Translations under genes and position numbers: made by a program
Assembly: GCA_003693705.1 (NCBI GenBank)
Contig: RBZT01000409.1
Span: forward strand, 57,514-121,513
Source of the DNA: Polymyxa betae A26-41
Lineage: Eukaryota > Protista > Endomyxa: Phytomyxea
Reading direction: 5' to 3'
Length of the DNA: 64,000 nucleotides
The notes under the pieces: generated by a model
The model's input: only the letters and a program-made list of their open reading frames with translations
Databases searched by the model: none
What the model was told of the DNA's origin: nothing
Shown: positions 29,175 through 41,394 of the stretch, piece after piece
How the letters are laid out: each line of letters begins with the position of its first letter
How positions within the stretch are numbered: the stretch's first letter is position 1

Positions 29175-30446
29175 ATGGAGCCCAATCTCGAAAGCGGTGT
29201 TCGATATCGGCAACCGCCCAGGCCGCCTGTCCGGCCGTTCCCGAATCCAACACCGCAGCGTGAAGGCCTGGTTAAGCGATTGCCAACCTGGAGCTCGCGT
29301 CGAGCTATACCCCACACCGTCCCAGATGCTGAATTAGGAACATCTCAAATTTATACTGACAGGTTAAAGCTGCTACATTTGTTGTTCCGTTATGTTTTAC
29401 TGTTCTTACAGGTCTCCAGATTTACCTCCTGAGCAAGTTCCAGGCGGCATGTTTGGGAAAATCGTAGCCAGCGAGGAGGAGTCTGTTCAAAGTCCATACC
29501 CGTTTCATTATGATATTCCTCCTCCAATGCCTTATACAAATTGTCCTAAGCAATATATATCGGGGAACATAACGAGGAGACTTCCCATGGCAAAGGGACC
29601 GGTTAGCAGAAGTCACTGGAAACAGAAAACATTTAATTTATTCGGTGTAGCTGAAAGCGCCAAAGGCATCGTCTCCATTATCTTCAGCAATTCCTTCTTC
29701 GATTCCCCGTTCGAATCCAGTATCGGTTCCAGTTCAGAGTAGGCCTGCACCTTCGGCACCGCTACAAAGGCAGGCTCCACCGCCGCCGCCAGGACCGCCA
29801 CCAACACGTCCTGCTCCCCCTCCGCCATCAAGGCCTCATTTTTTGGCAGGGGTAGCTCCAGCTACAAGCAATACCAATCCGGTTATCCGAAGAACTCGTC
29901 GGGCACCGCCATTTCCAGGAATCAGGTATTAGACTTTGGGTATTAATTAATGATTTTCGTCATCATAAAAAAATTCTAGGCCTTCGGCTCCTCCTGCACA
30001 TATCAGACCACCACAGTCTCCAGCACCAAATATCAGAGCGCCTCCACCAGCTATACCAAGTCAGCATGTTTCATCTCAGTTGCCTCCAGATCACCCTTTG
30101 TTCAATTCACAGATAACAGCTTCAAATCCGGATATAGAAAAGGTCTGAGCTGTATATTTGTGTCTTTGACACCTGATTTTTTAATCGGGTTCACAGGCGA
30201 ATTGGTTTAGAAATAAATTGGCTACGGATCTTGACGAAGCTGCGATCAGCCATCCCGATCTATGCCCTGCAATTCAAGATACGTTAACGGTATACATTGT
30301 CATGAAATGACTAGATTCACATACTAATTCTATAACAGCAACTGGATGGCTTGATTGAAGAACTCTGCCTAGCAGATACCGACGAGGGATATTCAGCAAC
30401 TGTATCTACACTGGAAGGAATCTATGAATTCATCCAAACCTGGTAA
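29175..30446 (+). CDS. Hypothetical proline-rich multi-exon protein
   Basis: Spliced frame with PPPPPGPPPTRPAPPPP and a helical C-terminus ANWFRNKLATDLDEAA...IYEFIQTW*; no family recognised. Confidence 0.55.
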
Positions 30447-30693
30447 AGTTTGACCAGTATACACTTAATAAACCTATCAAAGCCTGAGCGTCAAAAAGGT
30501 CTGGTTTATTGGCTTAAATTCAATGGAAGCAAACATAATCACAGAATCGCCCCACCGTAAGATCTGAACCCTAGCTGAGATTCATTCTCAACGGTCTCAG
30601 CATTGCAAATCAGCAGACAGGACACCTTTTAAACACTAGTAATTCTACGTCTGACATTAAAATCCTACCGAACCCCATTTCAATGGCTACATA

Positions 30694-32715
30694 CTATTTA
30701 GAATTTGGTACGGTACTGGAATCAACTTGCTTGAAACCGGCGGCCGAATTAAAATACTTCTCGTTAATTGCTCGAATCTTGGCAAGTTTCTCTTCAGCTG
30801 CGGTAGGATTGACCAACTCGAGCCCTTGAACAGGAGTAAAAGCCAAAGACGAACTGAACCCTGAGATGGTTCCGCTGCCACTTCCAAACCTATTTTGGAA
30901 ACAGGAAATCAAACATCAAACTCACTGTCAACCTAAGTACCTGTTTTTAAACTTGTTCTTCAACCCAATATTCTTGCCCAGCGTTTGTGTATCCTTAGCT
31001 TGAAGGCGCACACGACCGGAAGCACTGATCATTCCTAGTTCCATTCCATCATAGGATTCTACTTGCTCAGAACCGAAAGCCTGAAAATCGTTCAATACTC
31101 AGGCAAATGTCGGTTTGGGTATGTAAACCATTCTATTCTTCTGCTTGGACAGCTCCGTAATTTCATATTTTTCTTTCATTTTCCGGAACCGTTTTCCCCC
31201 ACGCTTCTTCCGTGGCTTTTCTACAGGAGCCGGTAGAGCCTTGGTTTGTTTCTTTTGAGGAGGCTCCATCAACCTAATACAATATTAAAATATATAAACT
31301 GATGAAGTAAAATAAAAACCTTTGCAGTTGTTTAGCGATCTCTTCACGGTATTCTTTGCCTTTAGAATCACTAGAATGCACATCTGTATTGTAGCTGTCG
31401 ATGCGGGCAGCTAAGGCAACCTGTTAGATATTGTTAAGAGAGCTCTCAATAATAAAATCTCAGCTGATACCTTTGCAGAAACAAGCTTTAAGGCTTTCTT
31501 TTTTAAATGCGAAGGAGCACGGGCTACCAGATCACAATGCCTTAAAGCACCCTCATGCAACCCTAGCCTTGGTTAAATGATTATCTCTAAAACTGGAAAT
31601 AGCAGTTACCTGAGCTTGCTTTGGAAAATCCAGAAAAATCAACTTTGCGATTGTGGCCCAAAACCTAATCCAGAGTCAAGACAGAAAAGACAAAATGCAT
31701 CAGAATACCATAATATCACAGGCAGGAATACCTGCAAGATTGGATAAACCGCCAGCTATACCGATAATTCGTGATGCAGGACTTGAGCCGATTAGGGCAG
31801 TTAAATTAGGAGCGTACAGCCCCATTCGTGATTCTACGAATCTCAAGATCTTTAATCAGAAGTCAGTAAATACCTCGAAATCGGAACGAACGGGGTCACA
31901 CGTGACTTTTGACATCATTGAGCTCAATGATGGCATCAGATGCCGCCAGACATTGCTGAAGGACATGCTCAGGCAATTCGGTATGAGACGATGATGTACT
32001 TGAGGTCATTGCTGGCTAAGATGTTAGATGCTGCAAAGACATCATTGAAAGCAATCCCATTTACCAATGCTCATGATAGTTTCTGGAGGAAGAACGCCAG
32101 TTAAATCAACTTGTGAGATATTCTGAGCAAAAATCAGACGAAACATTATCGGTTCACCAGGTAAAGTACTGTCTTATTCTGAAGATTCTTGACAACTTTG
32201 GCGTAATCCAATGCTAGCGGAACCAGCCGCTCCAGCTCGGGAAAGCAAACCGAATACATATCGCGGAGGTATTTGAATACCTAATTCGAAATAAAAAACC
32301 GAAATCAAAGAGATTTTGAAGCATACAGCAGTAATTTCGTCTTCAACTTCGACAACCATACTGTTGCATTTCATCATCGTACTGTATTCTTTTTCGTCGC
32401 CTAACGATTCAGAAACCCGAGCTTCCAATGAATCATCCAGAAAATTGAGGAAAGTCTAAAGAGCAATCAGCACTGGAATTCGATAAGCAAAATTAAAACC
32501 TTCAGTTTTTCAGACTGATACAATGTCGTGATTTGGGAGAGTGGATCTCTTGTTAATGCATCTGCTGCGACATCGGCATTATCAATATCGTTATCCTCAT
32601 CAGACTCTTCTGGCTCGATGCTATCAATGACGTTGCTCTGCTGTGGGAGCTGCTCTAACTCTTCCTCATCGGATTCATCCAAATCGTTTAGAAATGATTC
32701 AGCCAGAGTAGTCAT
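30694..32715 (-). CDS. PRPF31: U4/U6 snRNP protein Prp31
   Basis: N-terminus MTTLAESFLNDL; Nop domain (APNLTALIG); RKKRGGKRFRKMKEK; C-terminal SGFSSSLAFTPVQGLELVNP. Confidence 0.95.
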
Positions 32716-32942
32716 AATTAACAACAGGCCTGCAAATCGCGGAACTCTGAAATCTTAAAGAACCACGGGCGCACTTTAAGAATTTTATGGACCTTTAAAA
32801 GTGCGTTGTGTTCTACCGGTATTATACCCGTAACAACTTTGACTTTCGAATTGAAGACCTGAATAGGCCTGTTTAAAATTGGGGTTTACCAATTCAGAGC
32901 AAAATAAGCTAAAATTGGCATATTCTGAAAACTACGGTAACG

Positions 32943-33446
32943 TTGGTAAGAAATGTAATGAATTTTATTACATTTCAAATACTACTGGTATACCGTTTTC
33001 TGGAAAAGTTCCAGATTTCTGGATCGTTCGAGGTTCCCAAACAGCAACAGTTGAACCTGAATGACAACCCCATTGGTATGGAGACTCCATATGTTCAGCT
33101 TTCAATGCCTGCTGAGAAGCAACAGCATGACAAGGAGGAAGTATCGGAGACAACGTTCTTTTTGCTCTGGCTTTTGGTGACTTCATTTACGTCATTTCAT
33201 GTTCCGTTGAACGTACTTCTGATCCAGATCTTCGCCATCACGAAACAATCGATGGCGTTATTCGGCATGCTACTTATTCTGCAGAAGATCTGGGCAGTAG
33301 CGTTTCTTATCATAACATTCAAATCTCTGTATTATATCACCAAGACAGAACTATACTGTAATGTCATGCAGGATCATGTTCGTGACATTTTCTTCATATC
33401 GATTATGTGGGATTGTGCCGCTTTAGTATTTATCTCTGTAGAATAA
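32943..33446 (+). CDS. Small hypothetical membrane protein; start possibly 33078
   Basis: 167-aa ORF with about three hydrophobic segments; no family recognised. Confidence 0.4.
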   Translation: MVRNVMNFITFQILLVYRFLEKFQISGSFEVPKQQQLNLNDNPIGMETPYVQLSMPAEKQQHDKEEVSETTFFLLWLLVTSFTSFHVPLNVLLIQIFAITKQSMALFGMLLILQKIWAVAFLIITFKSLYYITKTELYCNVMQDHVRDIFFISIMWDCAALVFISVE

Positions 33447-33905
33447 TAGCTGCCAATTGTCAAATAAAGTTCATTATGATTGACGACTGCATTCGATCGA
33501 CTGGTTTGCTGATCTTAGATGAACAGGCGACGACATTCCCAAAGCGTAAGGCCTGAAATAGATGGAAAACATTCCTTCCATATTTTCAGGTGCTCTTACA
33601 TCCAGACAGCAGAGCAGTCCATCATTTCACCCGTTAGTCGAATTTAAAAATATTGTTTGCCATGTCATGCAGGATCGCGATTCTGAATCCAGAACCCCAT
33701 ATAAACCTAAGGTCTTGTCTGGTTATTATACTGTATCCAGACCAAATAAATCTGAAAATTATGAAGTCATAATATCCTTTCTGTTCGGTGTCGGAGTCCG
33801 TGAGCGGAGTTTGGAACTGTGCGTACCAGTGTTAGTGTGGGAAGGTACCACCAGGCCCTCCAGGATACCATCATTGTTTATTTATATTTGATTATTTCAG
33901 CGACC

Positions 33906-34471
33906 ATGTCAGGAAACGATGAGCGCACCTATATCATGATCAAGCCTGATGGCGTCCAGCGTGGTCTCGTCGGCAAGATCATCGACCGATTCTCCCAGCG
34001 CGGCTACTACCTCGTCGCCATGAAGATGATGAAGCCCACGAAACAGTTCGCTGAACGTCACTACTCTGATCTCTCCAGCAAGCCTTTCTTTGGTTCCCTG
34101 ACCAGCTTTTTATCTTCTGGCCCTGTCGTCTGCGTATGTCATATTCATTGCTTTTATTATCTGTTTGCTAATCATAGTATTAGATGGTTTGGCAAGGCAA
34201 GGATGTCGTCAAGACTGGCCGTACTTTGATTGGAGCTACAAACCCTCTGGCTTCTGCTCCTGGAACTATTCGTGCTGATTACTGTATTGATGTTGGTCGC
34301 AACGTTATCCACGGCAGCGATTCCGTTGAATCGGTACAGTCCTTTGCATGAAATTCCCTCTAAATACTGAAACGTCTTTCTGAATAGGCCCAAAAGGAGA
34401 TCGCCTTGTGGTTTTCTGATGATGAGATCGTCGACTGGAAGCCTACCAACCTTCAACACATTTACGAATAA
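33906..34471 (+). CDS. NDK1: Nucleoside diphosphate kinase, 3 exons
   Basis: [46 protein letters not shown]. Confidence 0.97.
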
Positions 34472-34570
34472 ATCAGCTGATTGTTCCTGGTAATACTGAT
34501 GACATTAAATGGTTATTTGTACTCAACGATCAATCCAATCGTATACCAATAGCTTGATATTGACGATCCC

Positions 34571-35206
34571 ATGGTTGTCGCTTCTGCTTCGTCCTTAACA
34601 ATGGGACTTGATACATTATCAGATATAGACATGATCTTGAGCGAAATACGAAATTTCTCGTGCAAAGAACCGAAACCGAAAAATCTTCCTACCAAGGTCA
34701 GCTATTCGAATGATTATAGGAATGTTATTGATCGAGAAGTTCAACTTCGTATGCAAGCTGTTGAAGCACTGTCTATAGCCGAGAGGAAGCATCGAACAGA
34801 AATGAACACTTGTCAAAATGATCTGAAGCAGATTCAAGGTCGACTGATGAAAGTGCAGCAAAAGGAGATGGAGATAGAAGAACAGAATCGACATTTGAAA
34901 ACTCGAATAGAGGCTCTGGAATCGGAGCTTCAAGTTAACAAACAAAACTCTAAAGCTGAGAAACTGCTGGTCAAGAGGGCGACGTTTTATGCAGTTCACT
35001 GTTCCAGACTTCTTAAAGCAGTAAATCATAAGCTTCAACGAGTAAGAAAAAGATGTAAGATTGCAACGGACGAGGTCAATCGTTATAAGGAGAAATCAAG
35101 GGAGGAACTCGATGAATTACGAAGACGCGAACATCGACAATCAAATTACATCATGCTGCTGGAAGCAAGGCTTCGAGCTGGAGAGAAATACGGCCGTAAT
35201 CTTTAG
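34571..35206 (+). CDS. Hypothetical coiled-coil protein
   Basis: 211-aa intronless ORF rich in E/K/Q/R heptads. Confidence 0.6.
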   Translation: MVVASASSLTMGLDTLSDIDMILSEIRNFSCKEPKPKNLPTKVSYSNDYRNVIDREVQLRMQAVEALSIAERKHRTEMNTCQNDLKQIQGRLMKVQQKEMEIEEQNRHLKTRIEALESELQVNKQNSKAEKLLVKRATFYAVHCSRLLKAVNHKLQRVRKRCKIATDEVNRYKEKSREELDELRRREHRQSNYIMLLEARLRAGEKYGRNL

Positions 35207-35291
35207 AGAATTAGAAGCGAGCGGCCGTTATTGTACAGCCTGAATTAATGTGTTTAATATCTAGATAGATTGTAGATGGATTATGAGCTTA

Positions 35292-36024
35292 TCAGGCACT
35301 TGACGAGATCTCTTCTATCACGAATTTGTCATTTGTATAAACACAAAGATCAGCGGCGATTTGCATTGATCGTTTCGCGATTTCCATGGCTGAAAGATCA
35401 TCAACGCTGATAAGAGCCCGAGCTGCTGCGATAGCGTAATCGCCTCCAGAACCAATACCAATCAATCCATCGTGTGGCTCGATTACATCACCTGTTCCCG
35501 TTAATGTTAACGAGATGTCTTTATCGGCAACGATTAGAACCGCCTCTGAATGACCAACGATCACCATTTGTAAAGTGTTCAAGAGAAAATAAATTACCTA
35601 ACTGTCTTAGATACTTATCTGTTCGCCAATTTTTTGCCATCTCTACAGATGCTCTTAATAGCTGACCTGGATATTCTTCAAGCTGAGTTTGAAGGCGTTC
35701 AAGCAGAGTCAGAGCGTCCGCAGCCGTTCCAGCGAAACCTGCTAATACCTGTAATGAATCAATAAACGAAAGCGAGATTACGGTTATATACTCGATACCT
35801 TTCCATTATCAATCACTCTGACCTTCTTAGCATTCGGTTTGACAATTGTAGACCCGCGAGATACTGCAATGATATGAATTAGAATTTCATGAATGCGAAC
35901 AGGCAATTGCCCGATGAGAACCTTGTCCATCTCCAATCATGGCAACACTTCCATGTCTTCGTACACAGAGTATAGTTGTAGCATGATCATAGATACGATG
36001 CAGAAGGACCCCTCTATTGGTCAT
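35292..36024 (-). CDS. hslV: HslV (ClpQ) ATP-dependent protease subunit, probably mitochondrial
   Basis: Short propeptide then TTILCVR...GDGQ; [12 protein letters not shown]; [16 protein letters not shown]; [10 protein letters not shown]; spliceosomal introns present. Confidence 0.93.
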
Positions 36025-36586
36025 GATCAAGTTATTAATATGACAAACCTCTATGATAATACATCACATGTACGGAAACCTTACAGCGTGTCTTAACGAA
36101 ATGAACCATTTCTAAACATGGTTTAGGTCGTTGTTGAGTCAAATCCGACAGGTTTTGTCCATGTCATTGTAAACTGGTTTGGAAAACTAGCCAATATAAC
36201 TCCTTTTCATTTCCACATTTGGGGGGATCGACAGGTTTTGCAAGCTCAGTTCAGCGGCTTTGTTATATCTCCTTCGATTCCTTCTTTGAACCATCCCGCT
36301 AATCGACAGTACTTCATAAAAACATGCAGATGTCACCCGTTGAAAGATGAAGATTTACTTTTCTAGTGGTTATCTGAAAACTGAACTTGATTCCACTATG
36401 TGTGCTCTGTATGGAGATGTTATTAACTGTATATAATAATTGTAGTTATTGAATAGATGGGATAAGTTATGACAATGATCTCTGATATGTCCCATTTGAT
36501 TTCGTTATCAATCTGGTGGTAGCTCTGTGACCATACGAATATATCATAACCAAGAGAGATAATTTTCATCATTGTCATCGTCCAGC

Positions 36587-37622
36587 ATGCCTGATATCAT
36601 GCAGGACTCACATGATTCGGATGCAGGTCTGTCAGCACATTTCAATTTGTGATCTGGTCTTGATCGGGGATATAGATCTCAAGGTCATTCTTCTTGGTGA
36701 TTCGGCGGTTGGAAAAACAAAGTCAGTCAATAAACTCTGTACTGTTGAATCATAATCTGAGCTCTCTTTCAACGAACAGATTAGTGGAGCGTTTCCTAAT
36801 GGATAATTAGTAATGAGATATCTCGTTAAGGAATACCAAAGTTCTAATCATTATCTGTAGTCAACCTCAACAACTATCTACCTATGCCTTGACAGTATTT
36901 CGACATAATACAAAATTGAATGGCAAGCCAGTATCTGTTGGTATGCTACTGTTTTACTATCTATATATACTCTAAAGAAATAATAGATTTCTGGGATACT
37001 GCTGGTCAGGAGAGGTTCACATCAATGCATCCATCATATTATTATGGTGCTCATGTCTGCGTTCTCGTAAGCATCTTTTCAAACCAAAATTCCAATCGCA
37101 TCACCAAACTTTCATGGTTTCAGGCATTCGATATCACCCGGAAAGTAACTTATCAGAATCTGAACGCCTGGTACAAAGAGCTACGACAATATAGGCCCAA
37201 TATACCTGTCATAGTGGTTGCTAATAAGATTGATGGTATAGACATAATCTAAGTCTTGTATTTCTGTTCATAAATGATTTATAGCCGACTATAAAGTCAC
37301 TGAGAAAACCTTCGCTTTCGCCACTAAAAGAAAGGCAATGGCGTCTCTCTGAAATTTGCTCTGTTAAATGTCTGTTCAGCTTCCATTCTATTTCTGCTCA
37401 GCATCTGATGGTACAAACGTTGTCACTTTATTCAATGAAGCCATCCGCATGGCATACGAGATGAAGCAGGCGCCTTCAAGCGATATCGTTGACGACGTCT
37501 TGGAGGCAGTCGCTTACTTTGAAGGGAAAAGTAAACAACAGGAACAACTACAACAGCCATTATCAGAGAAGCGTATGCAGGAGCATGCTGACGATTTAGA
37601 TAAAACTTTGCCTATATCTTAA
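36587..37622 (+). CDS. RABL2: Rab-like protein 2 (ciliary IFT-associated GTPase)
   Basis: GDSAVGKT, QPQQLSTYALT, DFWDTAGQERFTSMHPSYY, NKID, SASDGTNVV; one GC-AG intron at 37335-37379. Confidence 0.93.
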
Positions 37623-37684
37623 TATCCATCTTCATTCGTAATTATGAAGAGTTTCTGTTTATTAAGACGTCGAATATCGTCCAT

Positions 37685-39574
37685 CTACATGGTCAAAGTG
37701 ACAATCTTGACATTATTCTGAGATCCACGAAGTCCAGTAAGATATCGTCTTCTCGTCACTGTATTCATGGATTTATTCGATGCGCTCTGCGTTTGCTGAT
37801 TTTTCGGCGGATAGGTCTGTGTCTCGCTGGCTCTTTTCGAATACGTTTTCGCTGTTTGTGTCGAATGGGTGGACATATTTCTGATCTTAATCATCTTAAG
37901 AGCCTGACGACGAATATTCCATAGATTCCACATCTGCAACTTATTGGTATGTTGAGCTGGATCATCTTCAGTTGGATAGAGATCAGTTCCATCACCCATA
38001 TCAATTCCAATATCACATGTTGCATTTGATTCACCATACGTACTAACATCCTGCTTTCGTTTCTCATGCAGACCTTGAACATTGGGGTAGTGACCATGTA
38101 GATCCAATAAATGAATTAACTCAGGTGCTTGTCGTACCCGTTCATGAACTGCTGCCAGAATAGTATCGGGATGGTTGGTAAACTGATCCAGAGCTGCTTG
38201 ATCAACACAAGAATATGAGACCCCCTTATATTTAACAAGACCCAATGACAGGTCTCCATTCATTAGTAATCCAGCTCGTTCAGCAATAGTCCATGGACAA
38301 TATCCATGCAGTCCAAGACTAGATTTTGTCACACCAACAGCCTGTTCGCCTGAAATTATCTCTACTTGATGATTTGACATAGAACTACTGGATACAGGTC
38401 GAATATCTGCCAATTTCTCATCGGTTGTATAGGATGGTGTAAATGCAGGATCATGAATTAGAGAGATATCTTCTGGCATCAAACCCGATGTGAAATTCGA
38501 TTTAAATCTCATTAATTCTTGCAATATTGTTCTTTTGGCGGCTAATCGCCGTCCTTCCTGCTGCAATGCTCTCCATAATCGTCCAATAGCATCAAATGCA
38601 GGCAATATCTGCTGTCTTGGAACAGATTGGCGACTATTGACTTTGAACTTCAATGAAGCGATCTCATCATCAAATGTCTGAATTGCATTCAGAATCAAAT
38701 TTGATACTTGATCGGCCTGTTGATGAAGATCCTGTAGAAAGGCCTGTAGCTGCAATCGATTGCGATGTTCATCTTGTAATCGTTGCAATGATGACGAGAT
38801 TGAACCCGGCTTACGAAATTCTAGCTCAATCAGAGTTTTATATTGGCTGATTTGGACCTGAATTTGATCCAGTTCTGATTTCAGGTCCTGGACCAGCACG
38901 GCCGAGATCGTGCTGAGTCTGTCGGGGACATCGGGTAGTGCTAGCCCGCCTTTACCCAGATATCGATTCAACAAACGAATTCCAAGTACGATATTGATCA
39001 ATGATGCAAGCTGTTGACGTCGTTGATCTGTAGAGACCTGCCCCAATGCCAATATACGTGATTTAGGTATTGCTGATTGTAAGGCTTGAGAGATCTCACG
39101 TTCTGATTGACGATCTAATTGTGATGCATTTGTACCGTCATCAGAACCTGAATTACTAGCCACAAGATCATATAATAATGAATACATTGTGGGTAGTTGA
39201 GAATCAGATTTCAATCGGGACCAAAACTCGAGTACTTTCTCTGCAAGACGTTCAGTCTGTTTATCACGTTCAAATTCCTGTTCACGAACTTCATGATTAG
39301 TTAATACTGAAATACCATCATATGCTGCTTGCATTTTGATAGTCTCCATTGCTGGATTATTTGCTTCCAGAATACGTTCAGCAGCAATTTCAACCAAGGT
39401 CTTTAGCTGGGCTGAAGATAGACCAGTCTCGAAATCGAAGTCGTTGGTTTGATCGAGAGCAACAACCCGTAATGTATATGCAGCTACACGTTCTGAACAT
39501 GGTCGATGTCGTGATTGACATACTTCACGTATACGATCTGTTATTTGTTGAAAATTCTCCAATATGGTCGTCAT
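37685..39574 (-). CDS. CFAP206: Cilia- and flagella-associated protein 206, intronless
   Basis: NPAMETIKMQ, LINIVLGIRLLN...GKGG, GYCPWTIAERAGLL, PELIHLL, WNLWNIRRQAL, THSTQT. Confidence 0.9.
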   Translation of the reverse strand: MTTILENFQQITDRIREVCQSRHRPCSERVAAYTLRVVALDQTNDFDFETGLSSAQLKTLVEIAAERILEANNPAMETIKMQAAYDGISVLTNHEVREQEFERDKQTERLAEKVLEFWSRLKSDSQLPTMYSLLYDLVASNSGSDDGTNASQLDRQSEREISQALQSAIPKSRILALGQVSTDQRRQQLASLINIVLGIRLLNRYLGKGGLALPDVPDRLSTISAVLVQDLKSELDQIQVQISQYKTLIELEFRKPGSISSSLQRLQDEHRNRLQLQAFLQDLHQQADQVSNLILNAIQTFDDEIASLKFKVNSRQSVPRQQILPAFDAIGRLWRALQQEGRRLAAKRTILQELMRFKSNFTSGLMPEDISLIHDPAFTPSYTTDEKLADIRPVSSSSMSNHQVEIISGEQAVGVTKSSLGLHGYCPWTIAERAGLLMNGDLSLGLVKYKGVSYSCVDQAALDQFTNHPDTILAAVHERVRQAPELIHLLDLHGHYPNVQGLHEKRKQDVSTYGESNATCDIGIDMGDGTDLYPTEDDPAQHTNKLQMWNLWNIRRQALKMIKIRNMSTHSTQTAKTYSKRASETQTYPPKNQQTQSASNKSMNTVTRRRYLTGLRGSQNNVKIVTLTM

Positions 39575-39666
39575 ATTTCTTGTTGTCTTCTCTCTAGATA
39601 ATGATAAGGTAAAGACGAGTGGTACCCATATTCTGATCTCATACAGAACTGATATCTACATCAGAA

Positions 39667-41301
39667 ATGGATTCTATTGACATTCCACCTGATCTTGATG
39701 ATGTCGTTGCAGCTGAACCTGAATCTCTGCCCAGCGCAGATGCATTACTGGATGTGAAACAGGACCACGATGAGCAAGTTCCTGGCCAAGAGTCTGAAGA
39801 TGGAGAAGCAGATCCTGATGAATTAGTTGATGATGAATATATTGATAATGGAGGAGGAATAGATCCCCAGCCTACTATATCATCTGATATAATGTCTCCC
39901 TCTATTATCTCTATTGATAATGTTACTAATATCACTACTGATATTAATGATGTAACATCATCATCAGAGACACTTCTAGGCTCATCTATCAATCATATCT
40001 CTCCTATACAGCTTGACAATCCATGCCCAGAACCAGTATATGAGATAAAGAGACCCAAGAGGAATATACAGCGTCTAGATCAGATCTGTTGCAGATTAAT
40101 AGCTGATCATGTCACAGATACATCGATTATAGATGAGATTCCAAGGGAATATCTACCTGCTATAATTTCCATGATAGATCCAACATATATTGATATTATA
40201 CAAGCTGCACGACGTATACACTGTGATATATTCTGGAAATTGATGTCAAGTCAATGGCCTTTAGCAGATGTTAAGCAACATAGCGGTTCTTATAAGAGAA
40301 TGTTCTTTGAGAAATTACTTCAAGATCGATTGGAATCATATCATCAATGGAATAGATCAGGACAGAATCGCATTGAACTATCTAATGAGCTCGATGTAGC
40401 ACGTCCATATGTACACAGTATTGTATTTCGTGAGCAGAGATCACATCTCAATCTTGGATCAATATTGAAGGGATTCTTTAATCTAACACGATTAGATATG
40501 AGATATGGTGCATATAATCTAGGGATGATGTATGATCCAGATGAATTGGGTATTAAAGGCAATGATATCACTGGTCTTAATCAGTTATTGGCTGAGACCA
40601 AATCACTAACAATGCTCCTGTAAGATATTGTTTAATTCAATGTAATCACATACTAAATCCATGATAGTATTCGGGAGAGCCTATTAAATGATGAGCTAAT
40701 ATCAGTATTAAGTCGAGGTCTTGCATTAAATCAAACTATTACATATCTGGATCTATCACATAATCGTATTTCTGATGATGGAATACAGAAATTAGCTCAA
40801 GTATTATCTATGGATAACACAGTTCTTGTCAGTCTCAATCTGGCTGATAATAATCTGGGTCCAGGGTCTGGCATCTCTCTAGCTCAAGCTCTAAGATCCA
40901 ATACTGTATTGCAATCGTTAAGTCTACGATTAAATCAGATTGCTCGATCTGGTGCAATTTCGATATTTAAAGAGCTTGAGAGCAATACGAATTTGGTTCA
41001 ATTAAATTTAAGTTGTAATGGTATAGAAGATGTTGGTCAAGATCTTATCAGTCTAATGCATGCTAATCATACAATTCAATGTTTTGATCTATCGGCTAAT
41101 GATGCTATCAGATTGGAACATTGTTCAGCATTATTGGATGCAGTAAAATGTCAGAGTCAGTTGTGGGAATTAGATTTACGATTAAATCCAGGACTTAACC
41201 AACAGATTGATATGGAGATTAGAGCATTACTGAATAATAGACAAGAACGTCTAGATCGAGCCAGACGCATCAATTACCTATCTGATAGATCTCAATTGTA
41301 A
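39667..41301 (+). CDS. TCTE1: Dynein regulatory complex subunit 5 (TCTE1-like LRR protein)
   Basis: WPLADVKQHSGSYKRMFFEKLLQ, YGAYNLGMMY and RNI-type LRRs (LDLSHN, LSLRLN, LDLRLN); one intron at ~40620-40668. Confidence 0.85.
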
Positions 41302-41394
41302 TAAATTGCCACACAATGATTGAATTCACTCACTCAACCAAATATTAGCAGAGTTCATCCATTTGAATATTTCATAGATTTTCTCTTTGTAATC

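Noticed and set aside
33362-33676. Repeat TGTCATGCAGGATC near 33362 and 33663
   Set aside because: Short, only two copies, no extension; chance cannot be excluded.
35292-36024. HslV as bacterial contamination or recent horizontal transfer
   Set aside because: It has spliceosomal introns and an N-terminal extension, and mitochondrial HslV is well known in protists.
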